Of a stretch of 64,000 bases of DNA, positions 46,477 to 60,699 are shown piece by piece. The notes under the pieces are model-generated. The model did no database searches. It worked only from the letters and a program-made list of their open reading frames with translations, and was not told the DNA's origin. The first letter of the stretch is position 1. Each line of letters starts with the position of its first letter. The stretch is taken from positions 58-64,057 of the forward strand of contig CAZLYK010000014.1 of assembly GCA_964563495.1 (NCBI GenBank), written 5' to 3'. A program made the translations under genes and the position numbers. This DNA comes from an uncultured Heliobacteriaceae bacterium. Its GTDB lineage: Bacteria; Acidobacteriota; Blastocatellia; RBC074.

Positions 46477-47955
46477 TCAATGCTTAACCGACCCTGGATT
46501 TGAACTTGGCAATTGCGGGCCGCTCAGCTTCTGGTGGATCGAGTACAGTCGCTGTTCCGTCCGTATCAACAATCGCTCGCCCACTATCGCGGGCGACGCC
46601 AGCGCCATTTCGCCCAGATCATTGACGTGCAACAACTGGAACTTCTCGCCCGTCGCAATCACAAACGTCTGGCCCTCCTCGCTCAGGCAGAACAGCTTGC
46701 CGTTGTAGACCCAGGGCGAGGTCGTGAAAGCTGTTGCCGCCGGGTCAATCCGCGTCCGGTAAGTCATCTTTCCAGTTTTGGCGTCATAGCGACTCAAGAT
46801 GCCCGTCTCGGTCAGTACGTACACGGCACCCTCGTAAGCCACGGGCGACGGCAGATATGTCCCGCCGCGCGCTTGTGACCAAACGACATACTCGTTCGAG
46901 GCCTCGTCTTTTCCGAGCGAGATGTCTCCCGCCGCGCCGGGCCGGAGCGCGAGCAACGGCCCGCCCCGCCCGCCGTCGAGATAGAGCAGTCCGTCGTAAG
47001 CGAAGGGCATTGGAATCGCCATCGCCGACATTCCCGAGAGGCGCCACAATTCTTTCCCCGTCAGGTCATAACTAATCGCCTCTCCCGGCCCGATTGTCAC
47101 GACCTCGGTGCGCAGCGCGTGCCGCCAAATAAACGGCGTTGCCCACCCCGACCGCCGCCCCGGTTGCGCCTTGGCGCCCACATCCCGATTCGTGCGCCAG
47201 ACCTGCTTGCCCATCTGCTTGTCGAACGCCGCGATGTATTGCTGCTTCTCGTTGTCGCTCATGATGACCAGCAGGTTCCCCACCAGCGCCGGCGAACTCC
47301 CCGTCCCGAAGTCGAGGTAGATTGGATTCGCTTCGAGCGGCATCGCCCACGCCGGCTTCCCCTTCAAGTCAAACGCCCACAACCCCAAATTCGCCACATA
47401 CACGTAAACGAATTTCCCATCGCTCACCGGAGTCTCCGAGACAAAGCTGTTCTTGCGGTGACGCCCGCCCGGCGGTCGCCCCGCGTAAAACTCCTTCTGC
47501 CACTCAACCTTGCCGCTCTTCAGGTCCAGGCAATAGAGGAAGTAATGCAGCTTCACCTCATTTGGCAGTTCAATGTCGCGCGTTGTCACACGTTCCAGCA
47601 CCTGCGCCTGCGAAAGCCCCTGTTTTTGTAGCTCCGCGACGTACTCGTTGCTGTACTCCGTCCCGATCTGCGGCGGCTTCGACTTGCCTTCCGTCGTGAC
47701 GGTGGTGACGAACACCTTGCCGCCCGTCACAATCGGCGACGACCACCCGCGCCCCGGAATCTCCTGCGACCACTCCACGTTCTCGGTCTTCGACCAGCGT
47801 TCGGCCAGCCGCGCATGCGCTCCCACGGGATTCGCGTCCGGCCCACGGAACTGCGGCCAGGCAAGGTCCTGGCCGTGAACTGTGGGCGACGCCAGAAACA
47901 GCAAGCACGCCAGACCGGCCAGCCGCAAGAGAAGGTATGAGAGTTTCTGCTTCAT
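46477..47955 (-). CDS. Secreted PQQ-like (BamB-type) beta-propeller repeat protein
   Basis: Signal peptide, WPQFRGPDANPV start, and repeated G.VYV / W-containing blades. Paralogous in style to 58731..60146. Confidence 0.7.
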   Translation of the reverse strand: MKQKLSYLLLRLAGLACLLFLASPTVHGQDLAWPQFRGPDANPVGAHARLAERWSKTENVEWSQEIPGRGWSSPIVTGGKVFVTTVTTEGKSKPPQIGTEYSNEYVAELQKQGLSQAQVLERVTTRDIELPNEVKLHYFLYCLDLKSGKVEWQKEFYAGRPPGGRHRKNSFVSETPVSDGKFVYVYVANLGLWAFDLKGKPAWAMPLEANPIYLDFGTGSSPALVGNLLVIMSDNEKQQYIAAFDKQMGKQVWRTNRDVGAKAQPGRRSGWATPFIWRHALRTEVVTIGPGEAISYDLTGKELWRLSGMSAMAIPMPFAYDGLLYLDGGRGGPLLALRPGAAGDISLGKDEASNEYVVWSQARGGTYLPSPVAYEGAVYVLTETGILSRYDAKTGKMTYRTRIDPAATAFTTSPWVYNGKLFCLSEEGQTFVIATGEKFQLLHVNDLGEMALASPAIVGERLLIRTEQRLYSIHQKLSGPQLPSSNPGSVKH

Positions 47956-48226
47956 CTATCCCCAATCTTTATCCTCAAACTTGTCTGTGATCAATGCTGG
48001 TTGGTTTTTGATGTTTCAGGATAGTACAGATTCAGGACTTGTGCGAGTCAACCTGTAGCAGTTTGATTGGTCGCAGGCTGGTTCGCGTGGGCCTGCAACG
48101 CCAGTGCGCTTATTTGCGCTGAAAACGGTCTATTCCCATTTATAGAAAAAGAGCGGGTAGCGCAGACCGTTTGCCTTGATTGCCCCTGCGGCCGCGATTT
48201 CAGGTGCAAGCTGGTTTTCCCTGGCC

Positions 48227-49462
<1,236 letters not shown>

Positions 49463-49592
49463 TGCTGTAATCCAAATAGCCGGATCGCATTTTCCTTGAG
49501 AATATTAGTTGCCTTTCTCCTTGTCCCAAGCGGCGAACGTGCTGTCGCGCGCAGGGCGAAGCCCGCTTCCAGAATCTTTGCGCCTTCGACGA

Positions 49593-50897
49593 TTAGGACT
49601 GATGCATTTGCGCGTAGTGCCTGCGATAAGGACGGCGTGTGACATAAAACAAGAGCGCCGACAGCAGCGACGCTGTCCCGACCGTGAGGGCCAACGACCA
49701 GCCGACCAGTTGCGGATTCCTGAAAACATAGTCGTTGAAAAAGCCCGGCAGGAACGGTCCCAGCATCAATCCAAACAGATTGAGCGTGAACACCTGCAGC
49801 GCGCCGATCTGCCCGCGCACTTGATTGGGCAGGATCAGTTGCAGCGAAGCGTAAGAGCTGCCGATCGGCATGGCCAGAAAGAAAAAGGCCGCAACCAGCA
49901 AGGCGAGTTGGAAATTCAAGGCTGGCATCGCCAGCGCCAGACTAAAAAAGATTCCGGCGCAGGCCGTGGCCAGCACGCCGACGCGTAGCGGCGCATCAGC
50001 TTTGCTGCCGCGTTGCCAGCGGTCACAAAGCGCGCCGCCGAGATATGCGCCCAGCAATCCAGTCGCGAGCGAAATGACGCCGAGCGTTAGCCCGGCCTGC
50101 TTCGGCTGCCAGCCGTGCGCGCGCACAAAATACGTCGGCAACCAGGCCTGCTGCGCGTAATTGCACAGCGCCTGAAACGCAAAGGCTAAACAAATTCCCG
50201 CGACCGATTGCCAACGCAATTTCACCTGCTCGAAAACTTCACCCAAACTCAGATGCCTGGCTTTGCCGCCCAACAGGTTTTTGCGCACCGGCTCTTTGAT
50301 CGTGAACATGAGCAACGCGGCGAGCAATCCCGGCAAGCCGACAATCAGAAAAGTCAGCCGCCACGATCCGACCGCGCCAATCACCAGCCCGCCGACAATC
50401 AACGCCGATCCCGAACCGAAGAACACGCCCATCGAAAAAATGCTCAGCGCCGTCCCCAGGCGCTCTCTGGGGAAGTAATCAGACAGCAGTGAAAAAGCCG
50501 ACGGCGACAGCGTTGCTTCACCTACGCCCACGCCCATCCGCGCCAGAAACAGCGTCCAGAAGCCGCGCGCCGCCGCGCACGACGCCGTCATCAATGTCCA
50601 GCAAAAAATGCCCGCCGCCACCAGATTGCGCCGGTTGCCACGGTCCACGATTCGCCCCATCGGCATGCCGAGCAGCGTGTAAAAGATGCCGAAGGCCAGC
50701 CCTTGCAACAGCCCGATTTTCGTATCGCTGAGGCCCAATTCCTGTTTGATCGGCGTCACCAGCAAGCCCAGTATCTGCCGGTCAATGAACGACAGCGTAT
50801 TGCACAGCATCAACACGATGGCGACGTACCAGGCGTAGCGCAAAGACTGCGCAGGGCGCTCTTCCGCCACGATTGCTTCGGAGATGGGTTGATTCAT
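49593..50897 (-). CDS. MFS transporter
   Basis: 12-TM pattern. The motif GRIVDRGNRR sits between TM2 and TM3. ATG at 50897 (the track start at 50927 is TTG). Confidence 0.8.
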   Translation of the reverse strand: MNQPISEAIVAEERPAQSLRYAWYVAIVLMLCNTLSFIDRQILGLLVTPIKQELGLSDTKIGLLQGLAFGIFYTLLGMPMGRIVDRGNRRNLVAAGIFCWTLMTASCAAARGFWTLFLARMGVGVGEATLSPSAFSLLSDYFPRERLGTALSIFSMGVFFGSGSALIVGGLVIGAVGSWRLTFLIVGLPGLLAALLMFTIKEPVRKNLLGGKARHLSLGEVFEQVKLRWQSVAGICLAFAFQALCNYAQQAWLPTYFVRAHGWQPKQAGLTLGVISLATGLLGAYLGGALCDRWQRGSKADAPLRVGVLATACAGIFFSLALAMPALNFQLALLVAAFFFLAMPIGSSYASLQLILPNQVRGQIGALQVFTLNLFGLMLGPFLPGFFNDYVFRNPQLVGWSLALTVGTASLLSALLFYVTRRPYRRHYAQMHQS

Positions 50898-51039
50898 GAC
50901 GGGGTTTTCCAGTTCTTCACCGCTCAATCGGCGAGTGATTTGGGCGTTGCAATCGTCCTACTTGCCGGGGCAATCCGGGAACATGATCTGCGCCGTTTGG
51001 AATAGCATGCGCCGCCGAAAAATCCGGCTTGATTCCTGC

Positions 51040-52914
51040 TCAATCAGAGTTCTTTTCAGCCGCCGCGCTATCGGTCAAACCGATGACTAACGCGGACGGC
51101 GAAAGCGCGTAAAGTAAGTTGATTAAATCGGCGCGACGTTCCAGGACGACGCGCTGGTTGACGTAGCCCTTGTCGGTAATCTCACCTGAATCCAGCGAAG
51201 GTGAATCAGTCAAAAACAGCGCGTGTGTGGCATAAGTCGAACTGCCGCCGCCATCCGCTTTGAGGCGCAAAAGACCTTGTCGGACACAGGCGCGAACGCG
51301 CGCGTCCGCCAGCAATTCCACCAGCGGGGTTTGTTCGTTGTACTCAGGGCAAAGGCTGCGGCAACCGGCGAAATTGGGGAATATCAAAAATCGTATGTCT
51401 TCGCGGTCGTGTCCGGCGATGACGATGTCCTGTGCGACGGGGGCAAGCGCGGCAAGAGCTTTGACGCGCAGGGCTCCGGTATGCACCCAGGCGCCGCTCG
51501 TCAGCTTAAACTCTTCGGCCAAGCGCCCGGCGAATTCGATGCCTTTGGCCGGATCATGAGCATCCGCAAATCGTCCGGCGTCGCCAATCTTGTAAAAACC
51601 TTCTTCGTCAAATGCCGCCGCCGTCAGATCGCCGCGCCGCCAATAACCGGGCGTAACGTTAGGCCCGTTGACGCGCAATTCGTACTTGCCCCCCACCGCC
51701 GTCGGAACCAGCTTGAGTTCGTTGCCCGGCGTAGGCAGGCCGATCACGTTGGAGCGCAGCGGTTCAAAATGCACGAGCGTGACTTGCGGCGCGGTCTCGG
51801 TCGCGCCCCAGCCCGAGGTCAAATGCACGCGCCTGCCCATCGCCAGCGCCGATACCCGTTCGAGCTTTTCCCACAAATGCACAGGCAACGCCGCGCCCGC
51901 GTACTGTATGACTTTCAAGCGCGAGAAAAAATTCGTCCGCAATCGCACATCGCTTTCAAGGAAAGGCAGCAAGGCTTGATAACCGCGCGGCACGTTGAAA
52001 TAAAGCGTCGGCGCGATCTCGCGCAAATTCCGGACGGTCTTTTCGATCAAGCCCGGCACGGGCTTTCCTTCGTCAATGTAAAACGCGCCGCCGTTGACGA
52101 GGGCGACGCCGAAGTTGTTGTTGCTGCCTGCCGTATGATTCCACGGCAGCCAGTCCACCAGTACGGGCGGCTCTTCCTGCAAAAACGGCCACGCCTGCCG
52201 CAGCGTTTGCTGATTCGAGCAAAGCATCCGTTGCGTATTGATGACCGCTTTTGGCTCTCCCGTCGAACCCGAGGTCAGCAAAAATTTCGCAATGGTATCG
52301 GGCGTGACCGCACGAAATGCTCGCTCGACCTCCGCTGTCTCTTCAAGCTCTAACAACGAGGCGAATGAACTTGCCTGTCCGTCGCCGTTGCGCACCGCGA
52401 CAAGTTCAAAATCAAAATCGCTCAACGCCGCCAACGCGGGCGCAAAGCGCTGCGCATCATCTACCATCACCAACCCCGGCGTCAGCAACGCGAAGACTGC
52501 GCGCAGCTTTTGATAATCGCGTGACATCAGCGAATAAGCCGCCGATACCGGCGCAACCGGTACGCCTGCGTGCATCGCCGCGAGCGCCAGCAAGGCATGT
52601 TCGAGCGAATTTTCTGAGAGGATAACCACCGGACGTTCGGCTGAAAGCTCACGTTGCAACAACGCCGTCGCCAACGCGCGCGTCTGCCGCAAGGCTTCGC
52701 GATAAGTCAACGTCCGCCAGGCCTCGTCGTCGCGTTGCGCGAGAAAAAGCTGCGTGGGGCGCTCGACCGCCCAACGTTCCAGATGCTCGCCGAGGCAGCG
52801 CGCATAAGACTGCAAAGGTTCCGGCGAGCGCAACACCAGCGTGCCCTCGGCGCGGTGTTCGACGGCGACGCGGGCGGGCAGAAAATTGACCGGAACAAAT
52901 TCAGCCTTCTGCAT
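51040..52914 (-). CDS. AMP-dependent acyl-CoA synthetase, feruloyl-CoA synthase-like
   Basis: 624 aa. AMP-binding motif LLTSGSTGEPKAV, GWGATE, and YKIGDAGRF. The overall length and N-terminus resemble long Fcs-type ligases; substrate specificity is an inference. Confidence 0.7.
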   Translation of the reverse strand: MQKAEFVPVNFLPARVAVEHRAEGTLVLRSPEPLQSYARCLGEHLERWAVERPTQLFLAQRDDEAWRTLTYREALRQTRALATALLQRELSAERPVVILSENSLEHALLALAAMHAGVPVAPVSAAYSLMSRDYQKLRAVFALLTPGLVMVDDAQRFAPALAALSDFDFELVAVRNGDGQASSFASLLELEETAEVERAFRAVTPDTIAKFLLTSGSTGEPKAVINTQRMLCSNQQTLRQAWPFLQEEPPVLVDWLPWNHTAGSNNNFGVALVNGGAFYIDEGKPVPGLIEKTVRNLREIAPTLYFNVPRGYQALLPFLESDVRLRTNFFSRLKVIQYAGAALPVHLWEKLERVSALAMGRRVHLTSGWGATETAPQVTLVHFEPLRSNVIGLPTPGNELKLVPTAVGGKYELRVNGPNVTPGYWRRGDLTAAAFDEEGFYKIGDAGRFADAHDPAKGIEFAGRLAEEFKLTSGAWVHTGALRVKALAALAPVAQDIVIAGHDREDIRFLIFPNFAGCRSLCPEYNEQTPLVELLADARVRACVRQGLLRLKADGGGSSTYATHALFLTDSPSLDSGEITDKGYVNQRVVLERRADLINLLYALSPSALVIGLTDSAAAEKNSD

Positions 52915-53310
52915 TATTTCACCAGACTGGCCGGAATCGTCGCGGCCATGCGATTGATTTCACTACGGTGAAACCGGCGTTCAGCAGGCGTTGTCGGAAA
53001 GTCGAAGACATGGCTGCCGCCCTAGACCTGTCTCGGAGCGAGCTTTATACCGCCGCACTCGCCGAATTTATCTGGGAAGATCGTGATCTAAGCATGACCG
53101 ACCGGAAGAAATTACCGTAGTTGCATAAAATAAGTAAGGCGCCATGGCAGTGTCTGGAGGAAGGGTAATTTGGATACGTCTCAAATTTTACCGCATCATT
53201 ACAATTGACGCGGGTCAACAATGAAATATGATACGCTTTGTCTCGCAGAAATTCATCTCCGAAATGCGTTTGCAGGTTTTCGATCAGACGGGCGATTTGA
53301 TCTACGACTA

Positions 53311-53380
53311 TTCAGTTTCGTGCGTCCTGTCAGTCGCCCTCCCTGACGGTCGTGCGTCTGACAGGACACACGAAACTGAA
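53311..53380 (+). promoter_or_regulatory. 23-bp-arm inverted repeat (one mismatch) in the desaturase upstream/leader region
   Basis: ttcagtttcgtgcgtcctgtcag (53311..53333) pairs with ctgacaggacacacgaaactgaa (53358..53380) at 22/23 positions, with a 24-nt spacer. It ends 45 nt before the ATG at 53425. Confidence 0.6.
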
Positions 53381-53424
53381 AGCCGCTGTAAGCTGCAAAA
53401 GAAATCAACTCAGACGGAGGAAAA

Positions 53425-54291
53425 ATGCAAGAGAAGACAATGCTCGATCGTCGCAAAAACCCGATCAATTGGCCGATCAGTCTTTTCATCATTTCGATTC
53501 ACGCCGGTGCGGTGGTCGCCCTTTTCAATTTCAGTTGGCCGGCGCTCGGCGTCGCCGGTCTGCTATCCTGGATTGGCGGTGGTCTCGGCATCGCCGTCGG
53601 CTATCATCGCCTGCTCACCCACCGTTCGTTCGAAGCCCCCAAATATGTCGAGTACTTTCTGACGATCTGTGGCGCAATCGGTCTCCAGGGAGGCTCGATC
53701 GCCTGGGTGGCTAAACATCGTCTTCATCACGCGCATACGGACAGCGACGGCGATCCTCATTCGCCACGTCGCGGGCTCTGGTGGTCTCACTGGGGATGGA
53801 TCATGACGGGCAGATCGGACACTCGTGAAGTTGAAACCCTGGCGCGTTACGCGCCCGATTTGGCGAAAGATCGCTTTCATCTCTGGATATCAAAGTGGTT
53901 TTTCGTACCGCAGTTGGTTTTGGTCGCGATCCTGTACTTGACCGGCGGCTGGCAATTCGTCCTGTGGGGTGTCTGCGCGCCGTCCGTCTTTACGTGGAAC
54001 TCTGCATTTCTTACCAACTCGTACGGACACACGCGGGGCAAGCGCCGCTTCGAAACCTGCGACAATTCGCGCAACAGCTGGTGGCTGGGGTTGATTAGCG
54101 GCGGAGAGGGATGGCACAACAACCATCACGCACATCCGGGTTCGGCTCGGCTCGGTCTGGCTTGGTACGAGATCGATCTCAACTGGTATGCCATTTGGAC
54201 GCTCGAAAAGCTCGGACTCGTCAAGAAAGTCCGCCTCGCTGATCTGTCGAAGAGACAACCTGCGCCTCGTCGATCGTTTACTCGCGTTTAA
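53425..54291 (+). CDS. Membrane fatty-acid (acyl-CoA/acyl-lipid delta-9 type) desaturase
   Basis: GGAGG RBS. Three His boxes: HRLLTHRSF, HRLHHAHTD and HNNHHAHP. Two TM hairpins. Confidence 0.9.
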   Translation: MQEKTMLDRRKNPINWPISLFIISIHAGAVVALFNFSWPALGVAGLLSWIGGGLGIAVGYHRLLTHRSFEAPKYVEYFLTICGAIGLQGGSIAWVAKHRLHHAHTDSDGDPHSPRRGLWWSHWGWIMTGRSDTREVETLARYAPDLAKDRFHLWISKWFFVPQLVLVAILYLTGGWQFVLWGVCAPSVFTWNSAFLTNSYGHTRGKRRFETCDNSRNSWWLGLISGGEGWHNNHHAHPGSARLGLAWYEIDLNWYAIWTLEKLGLVKKVRLADLSKRQPAPRRSFTRV

Positions 54292-54345
54292 CCGGTCCGA
54301 GTGTTGAGGTCCGGGAAGAAGGAAGCGGCAGATTCTGCCTGCGGC

Positions 54346-56366
<2,021 letters not shown>

Positions 56367-56370
<4 letters not shown>

Positions 56371-57125
56371 CTTTTATCCTTTAAAGGTTTTCTCTCCAGC
56401 ATGTTTTGCATGATCCGGATTTCGGCGCGCTGGCCGCTGTCTACATCGGTTGCGAAGTTGAACAATTCCGCGTCCTGTCCTGCGCCTGCAGTCTCGAACA
56501 AATCTTTCACCATGGTCAAAGCGCCACCGTGGTGCTGAATCATCCCTGTCAGAAACAGACGGTCGAACTCCTCGCCCTCTGCTTTCCTGAGCGCCTCCAT
56601 CTGCTCCGAGGTAAGCATCCCAGGCATAAGCGCCATCGACTCGTGCGACATATTCATGTTCATGTGGTGTTTGTCATGCATCGCCTGCGAAACTGGATGT
56701 CCGCGGGACGCCAGCCACCGTTTCATGAACTTTATCTCGTCGGACTGCGAACTGCTGATACGCGCACCCAGTGACCTCAGATCCTGGTTCTCAGTATGCG
56801 ATTCGATCAGCGCAGTCATCTCAACCGCCTGCGCATGATGCATAATCATACCTTGCATGAACTGGACATCCGCCGGGGAGGCTGGCGGTAGCTTGCCTTT
56901 CATGGTCGGTGGAAGAACCCGCGTCGGTTTCCCCGGCGCACCAGGTTGCACCACGACCGGTGTCGCTGGCGCAGGCTGCTGGGCGCAAACACGCCAGGAG
57001 GGCAAACTGGCGAGAGTACTCGCTGCAGCAAGCACGCATGAACACGCCGCGACGCCTAGGACAACCCGAATCTCCCAAGTCCATCTCAGACAGAGAGGGC
57101 TCACGTGCCGTATGTATCTAATCAT
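56367..57125 (-). CDS. DUF305 domain protein (secreted, four-helix-bundle metal-related family)
   Basis: Duplicated DUF305 motifs FMQGMIMHHAQAVEM and FLTGMIQHHGGALTM. Start uncertain (ATG 57125 or TTG 57149). Confidence 0.85.
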
Positions 57126-57342
57126 TGTGGGGCTCACATTATCGAGCAATAGTGTAGCAAAGCGGTCACCAAAGTCGCGAACAGCGCCAAGCCGGCTTTC
57201 TAACCGGTGGACAGTAAAACAAATCCTGTCCCTTTGTCATTATACACTTTCAACTTCAGAGATACAGCCGACAGCTCATGTCATCTGCCAGTCGGTTACT
57301 TTGGGAAGTAACATTTTCAGTTCTCCGATTCTTTCAATGATT

Positions 57343-58635
57343 TTATTGCAAATGCATTCGCATGAATTTTAAAAACAGCTCCCAATCGGACGGAATCGTT
57401 CCGTGTCCGCCGGTGTGCATGACATAGCCGAGCGTATGAAAAATCGGTTGTCCCGCAGCGGGCATTTGATCGACGTCGAGCGCCTGTTTGCCAAGCAGCT
57501 TGAAAACAGGCCCCGCCGCGACTGACGCCAGAAATTCGCCTTTTGGATCAGACCACACATCAGTATCGCCGGTTTGCAGCAACACGGGTCGCGGCGCAAT
57601 CAATGACACCAGCATGTGCGCATCGACCGGAAATTCATTCACGCGGTCTCCGTACTTTCCATAATTGGCGCAGAACTGATATGGGTAGCGAGTCGGCTCG
57701 GTCAGATGTTTGATCGTCTCGCCGTAATTGCGGCGGCTAATCGCAGCGCCACCTTCGCCCGAACAACTTGCAATCACCATGGCAAAGCGCTGGTCTTGGG
57801 CGCCCGCCCACAGGACGGTTTTGCCGAGGCGCGACACGCCCACAATCGCGACGCGTTTGGCGTCCACACCTTTGTCGGTTTCCAGGTAATCCAGTGCACG
57901 GCTCAACCCCCAGGCCCACGCGCCAATCGCTCCCCATTCATTCGGCGCAGGCTCGGTTTGCCCGGGCTTGAGATAGAACGCGCGCACGCCGTGCGGAACG
58001 CCGCCGAGGAAATCAGGATCTATGTCGCCGTAATAGACCGTCGCGACGCCGAAGCCCTGCTCAAGAAAGGGCAGAACTTTCAGGTTGCCGAACCTTCCGT
58101 CCTTTGACGCAGGCACACGCTTCTTTTCGCGGTTCCAGATTTCGCCCGGCTTGATCCCCGGATCATCCACAGCATTGGAGTTGGCGGTGAAACTGATATT
58201 TAGCAAGAGCGGCGCGGGCTTGTTCGCATTGATCGGCAAGTAAAGAAGCAAATCCATCTTCGGCCCGTTTTTATTGGGCGAAAAATAGATTGTCACCTGG
58301 CGGCGCAACGCTTTGCCGTCGAGCGCCGGCGTGCCTTGATCAAACACATCGAAGCTCATTCCAGTCGGACGACCCGGGCTGCGGCCAAACTGGTTTTCCT
58401 CAAACAAGCGGACGATCTCAGGCCGTCTTTTTTGCACCCACGTTTTTGCATCACGCACGGGCTTGCCGTTGGCAAGCGTCAGCGGGTCGGGAAGCGTGTA
58501 CGTTCCAACCCGGGCTTCATCATAATTGACGGTAATGCCTGCGACTTCGGAACGTGGCGCGTTTTGCGTTTGGCTATGGACCACGCCCGCGAACAGCAAA
58601 ATAACGCAGAGTGGGGTTCGAATTTTGAATGACAT
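57343..58635 (-). CDS. Secreted carbohydrate esterase family 15 (glucuronoyl esterase)
   Basis: ATG at 58635 after AAGGAG, with a signal peptide. CE15 nucleophile motif GVSRLGK (GxSRxG) and the downstream H in TGGHG. Confidence 0.8.
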   Translation of the reverse strand: MSFKIRTPLCVILLFAGVVHSQTQNAPRSEVAGITVNYDEARVGTYTLPDPLTLANGKPVRDAKTWVQKRRPEIVRLFEENQFGRSPGRPTGMSFDVFDQGTPALDGKALRRQVTIYFSPNKNGPKMDLLLYLPINANKPAPLLLNISFTANSNAVDDPGIKPGEIWNREKKRVPASKDGRFGNLKVLPFLEQGFGVATVYYGDIDPDFLGGVPHGVRAFYLKPGQTEPAPNEWGAIGAWAWGLSRALDYLETDKGVDAKRVAIVGVSRLGKTVLWAGAQDQRFAMVIASCSGEGGAAISRRNYGETIKHLTEPTRYPYQFCANYGKYGDRVNEFPVDAHMLVSLIAPRPVLLQTGDTDVWSDPKGEFLASVAAGPVFKLLGKQALDVDQMPAAGQPIFHTLGYVMHTGGHGTIPSDWELFLKFMRMHLQ

Positions 58636-58666
58636 CAATCTTCGCTCCTTAAGAAACGGAAGCCCT

Positions 58667-58713
58667 CTACAGCAATTTTCATTTGAATCAGAAGAAAATA
58701 GCCAGGATTGACC
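58667..58713. repeat. Solo arm plus tail of the AATCCTGT-type repeat (copy E5, inverted orientation)
   Basis: ctacagcaattttcatttgaatcagaagaaaatagccaggattgacc is the reverse complement of the 60760..60801-type sequence. Lies between the CE15 start and the PQQ2 stop. Confidence 0.75.
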
Positions 58714-58730
58714 GCCGTCCACGGCATGGG

Positions 58731-60146
58731 CTACCGAGAGGTGCTGAAGCAGTACAGCGCGCCGCGCGTCCGCACGAAAACCCGTCCGTCACTCAGGGCG
58801 GGCGTTGCACTGACCTCGTCGTTGATTTCGTTGACGGCGAGCACCTCCCACTCCGCACCAGCTTTGAGAACCGTGATCTTGCCTTCGGTATTAGCGATGT
58901 AGACCTTACCGTCGGCGGCAACCGGTGATGCATAGTATTCGCCCAGCGCGCCGGGGCTCCGGCCCTCCTTCAGAATCCGGCCGGTCGCGGGATCAAGTGA
59001 CGTGATGATGCCGCCGGTTTTCACCATGTAGCACACGCCCTGGTACAGCAGCGGCGCCGGAATGTACGGGATGTTCTTCTGAAGGCGCCAGCGAATCACG
59101 CCCGGCTCGAGTTGGCCCCGCGCGTTGCCCGGGCGAACAGCGATCGCCCCCCACTGGCCCACGCCCAACGCCCGCGCCGTGTTCCATTCCTGGGTGACGA
59201 TGAACTTGTCGTCGTTTTCATCGATCCAGCCGAAGTGCTCTCCAAGGTCCGGATCACCGCGAAACTCCTGCAATGACAGGCGCCCGTCCTTGTCCTTGTC
59301 GTATTGCGACAGCACCGAGGCGAAGGTCGGCATAAACGGCTCATTGCTGCCAAGCGTGGAGATAATCAGGGTGTCAGCTTGAGCCAACGGGGTGCCGAGT
59401 GCGCCGCCGGATGCCACCGGCAGCCACCAGCGCTGGACGCCGGACGCGAGGTCGTAAGCGTCGAGACGCGTCGTGCCGAGCACAATCAGGTCCGCGCGCG
59501 TCGCGTCCGGTCGAAAGACCATGGGCGTCGACCACCCGATCGAAATACCCGGTCGGCCGGCCTTCCATCGCAGACGCCCGGTCGAGCGGTCGAGCGCAAT
59601 GACAAAGGACCCCGTCTGCTGGTCGCAGACCAGCACGACCGTGCCCCTGTCGATAATTGGCGACCCTGCCATTCCATAGAAGTTCTTGAATGGACCGAGT
59701 CGGGATTTCCAACGCATTTGCCCGTCGTTGTTGTATGAGACCAATCCGAATTCAGGGAAGAAGGCCACGACGCCGCTCTCGTCAGCCGCAGGGGTTGGCG
59801 ATGCCGGATCGTTGGCTTTGTATGCTTCCTGCACCCGCAGGCGCCGGACTTCCCGGCGCCATAATTCCCGGCCCGTCCGCGTGTCCAGGCAGAACGTGAT
59901 CAATCGGTCGCCTTCGCTGGCGGTGCCGTAGAGCCGGGTGCCCACCACGACCGGTGATGATTGCCCGTAGGGCGTCGACACCTTCCACGCCACGTTCTTG
60001 GTAGGCGAAAATTCGACGGGATACCCCACGGACAAATCGACGCCAGATCCGTTGGGCCCGCGAAACCGCGCCCACTGCGCGTCGGCGCGGCCAACAGTAA
60101 CGATCAGCAGAAGACAGGATGCAACGAAAACGAATGAGCGGTTCAT
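58731..60146 (-). CDS. Secreted PQQ-like beta-propeller protein with an inserted EF-hand calcium-binding loop
   Basis: ATG at 60146 after GGAGG, with a signal peptide. [11 protein letters not shown] start and propeller blades. Canonical EF-hand loop [12 protein letters not shown]. Confidence 0.7.
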   Translation of the reverse strand: MNRSFVFVASCLLLIVTVGRADAQWARFRGPNGSGVDLSVGYPVEFSPTKNVAWKVSTPYGQSSPVVVGTRLYGTASEGDRLITFCLDTRTGRELWRREVRRLRVQEAYKANDPASPTPAADESGVVAFFPEFGLVSYNNDGQMRWKSRLGPFKNFYGMAGSPIIDRGTVVLVCDQQTGSFVIALDRSTGRLRWKAGRPGISIGWSTPMVFRPDATRADLIVLGTTRLDAYDLASGVQRWWLPVASGGALGTPLAQADTLIISTLGSNEPFMPTFASVLSQYDKDKDGRLSLQEFRGDPDLGEHFGWIDENDDKFIVTQEWNTARALGVGQWGAIAVRPGNARGQLEPGVIRWRLQKNIPYIPAPLLYQGVCYMVKTGGIITSLDPATGRILKEGRSPGALGEYYASPVAADGKVYIANTEGKITVLKAGAEWEVLAVNEINDEVSATPALSDGRVFVRTRGALYCFSTSR

Positions 60147-60699
60147 AGAGATTGAGGCCTCCTTATGCATCAAGCGGATAGAACTCCACGAGCGCCGGCT
60201 TCCTTCCTTCAACCGGCTGGCTGCACGTCCGATGTCGCCGTGGCTGCGACACTAAACGCAAACGCGCCGACATCGCAGACCGCGTCTCAGACTGATCGCT
60301 GCGATTCTGGCCCGCGGCGATGAACGGGAAGACCAGGTTACGATCCAGAGGCAAGGCTTCGGAAAAAGTTCTCCCCTAACAAAAGCGGGGAGGCGACGCG
60401 GTAGCTCTGCGTTAGCTCGCAAGTCACGGCAACGGAATCAGTCGACTCTGTCGCACGACTGCCTTGAGCTGATGAATTCACGATTGACCTCCTGGTTTGC
60501 GATTGATTTGTGGGGTATGCAGACGACGTTTCAGTTAGATGTAGCTCGCCTGAATCCGACACGCGAAGCGGAGATTGCCGAGCAGCGACAACACGATAGA
60601 CCGTAGGTAGTTTAGTCTGTTGGATAGCGAGAATGGATTATAAGCGAAACAAACCTTGGATCAAGCTGCGCAAGATGATCTTCGTAAAATTTTAAAAGT

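Noticed and set aside
48123-48172. 9-bp inverted repeat aaacggtct / agaccgttt downstream of pobA, as a possible terminator or PobR-type operator.
   Set aside because: The 32-nt loop and missing U-tract argue against an intrinsic terminator. It lies 3' of pobA, not in its promoter, and no pobR-like gene is present.
60338-60562. 74-aa minus-strand ORF, and possible ncRNA, in the 850-nt gap between the PQQ propeller and the monooxygenase genes.
   Set aside because: There is no RBS, no recognisable motif and a Ser/Thr-rich low-complexity translation. I could not identify a convincing conserved RNA structure by eye, so the region is left unannotated apart from repeat E6.
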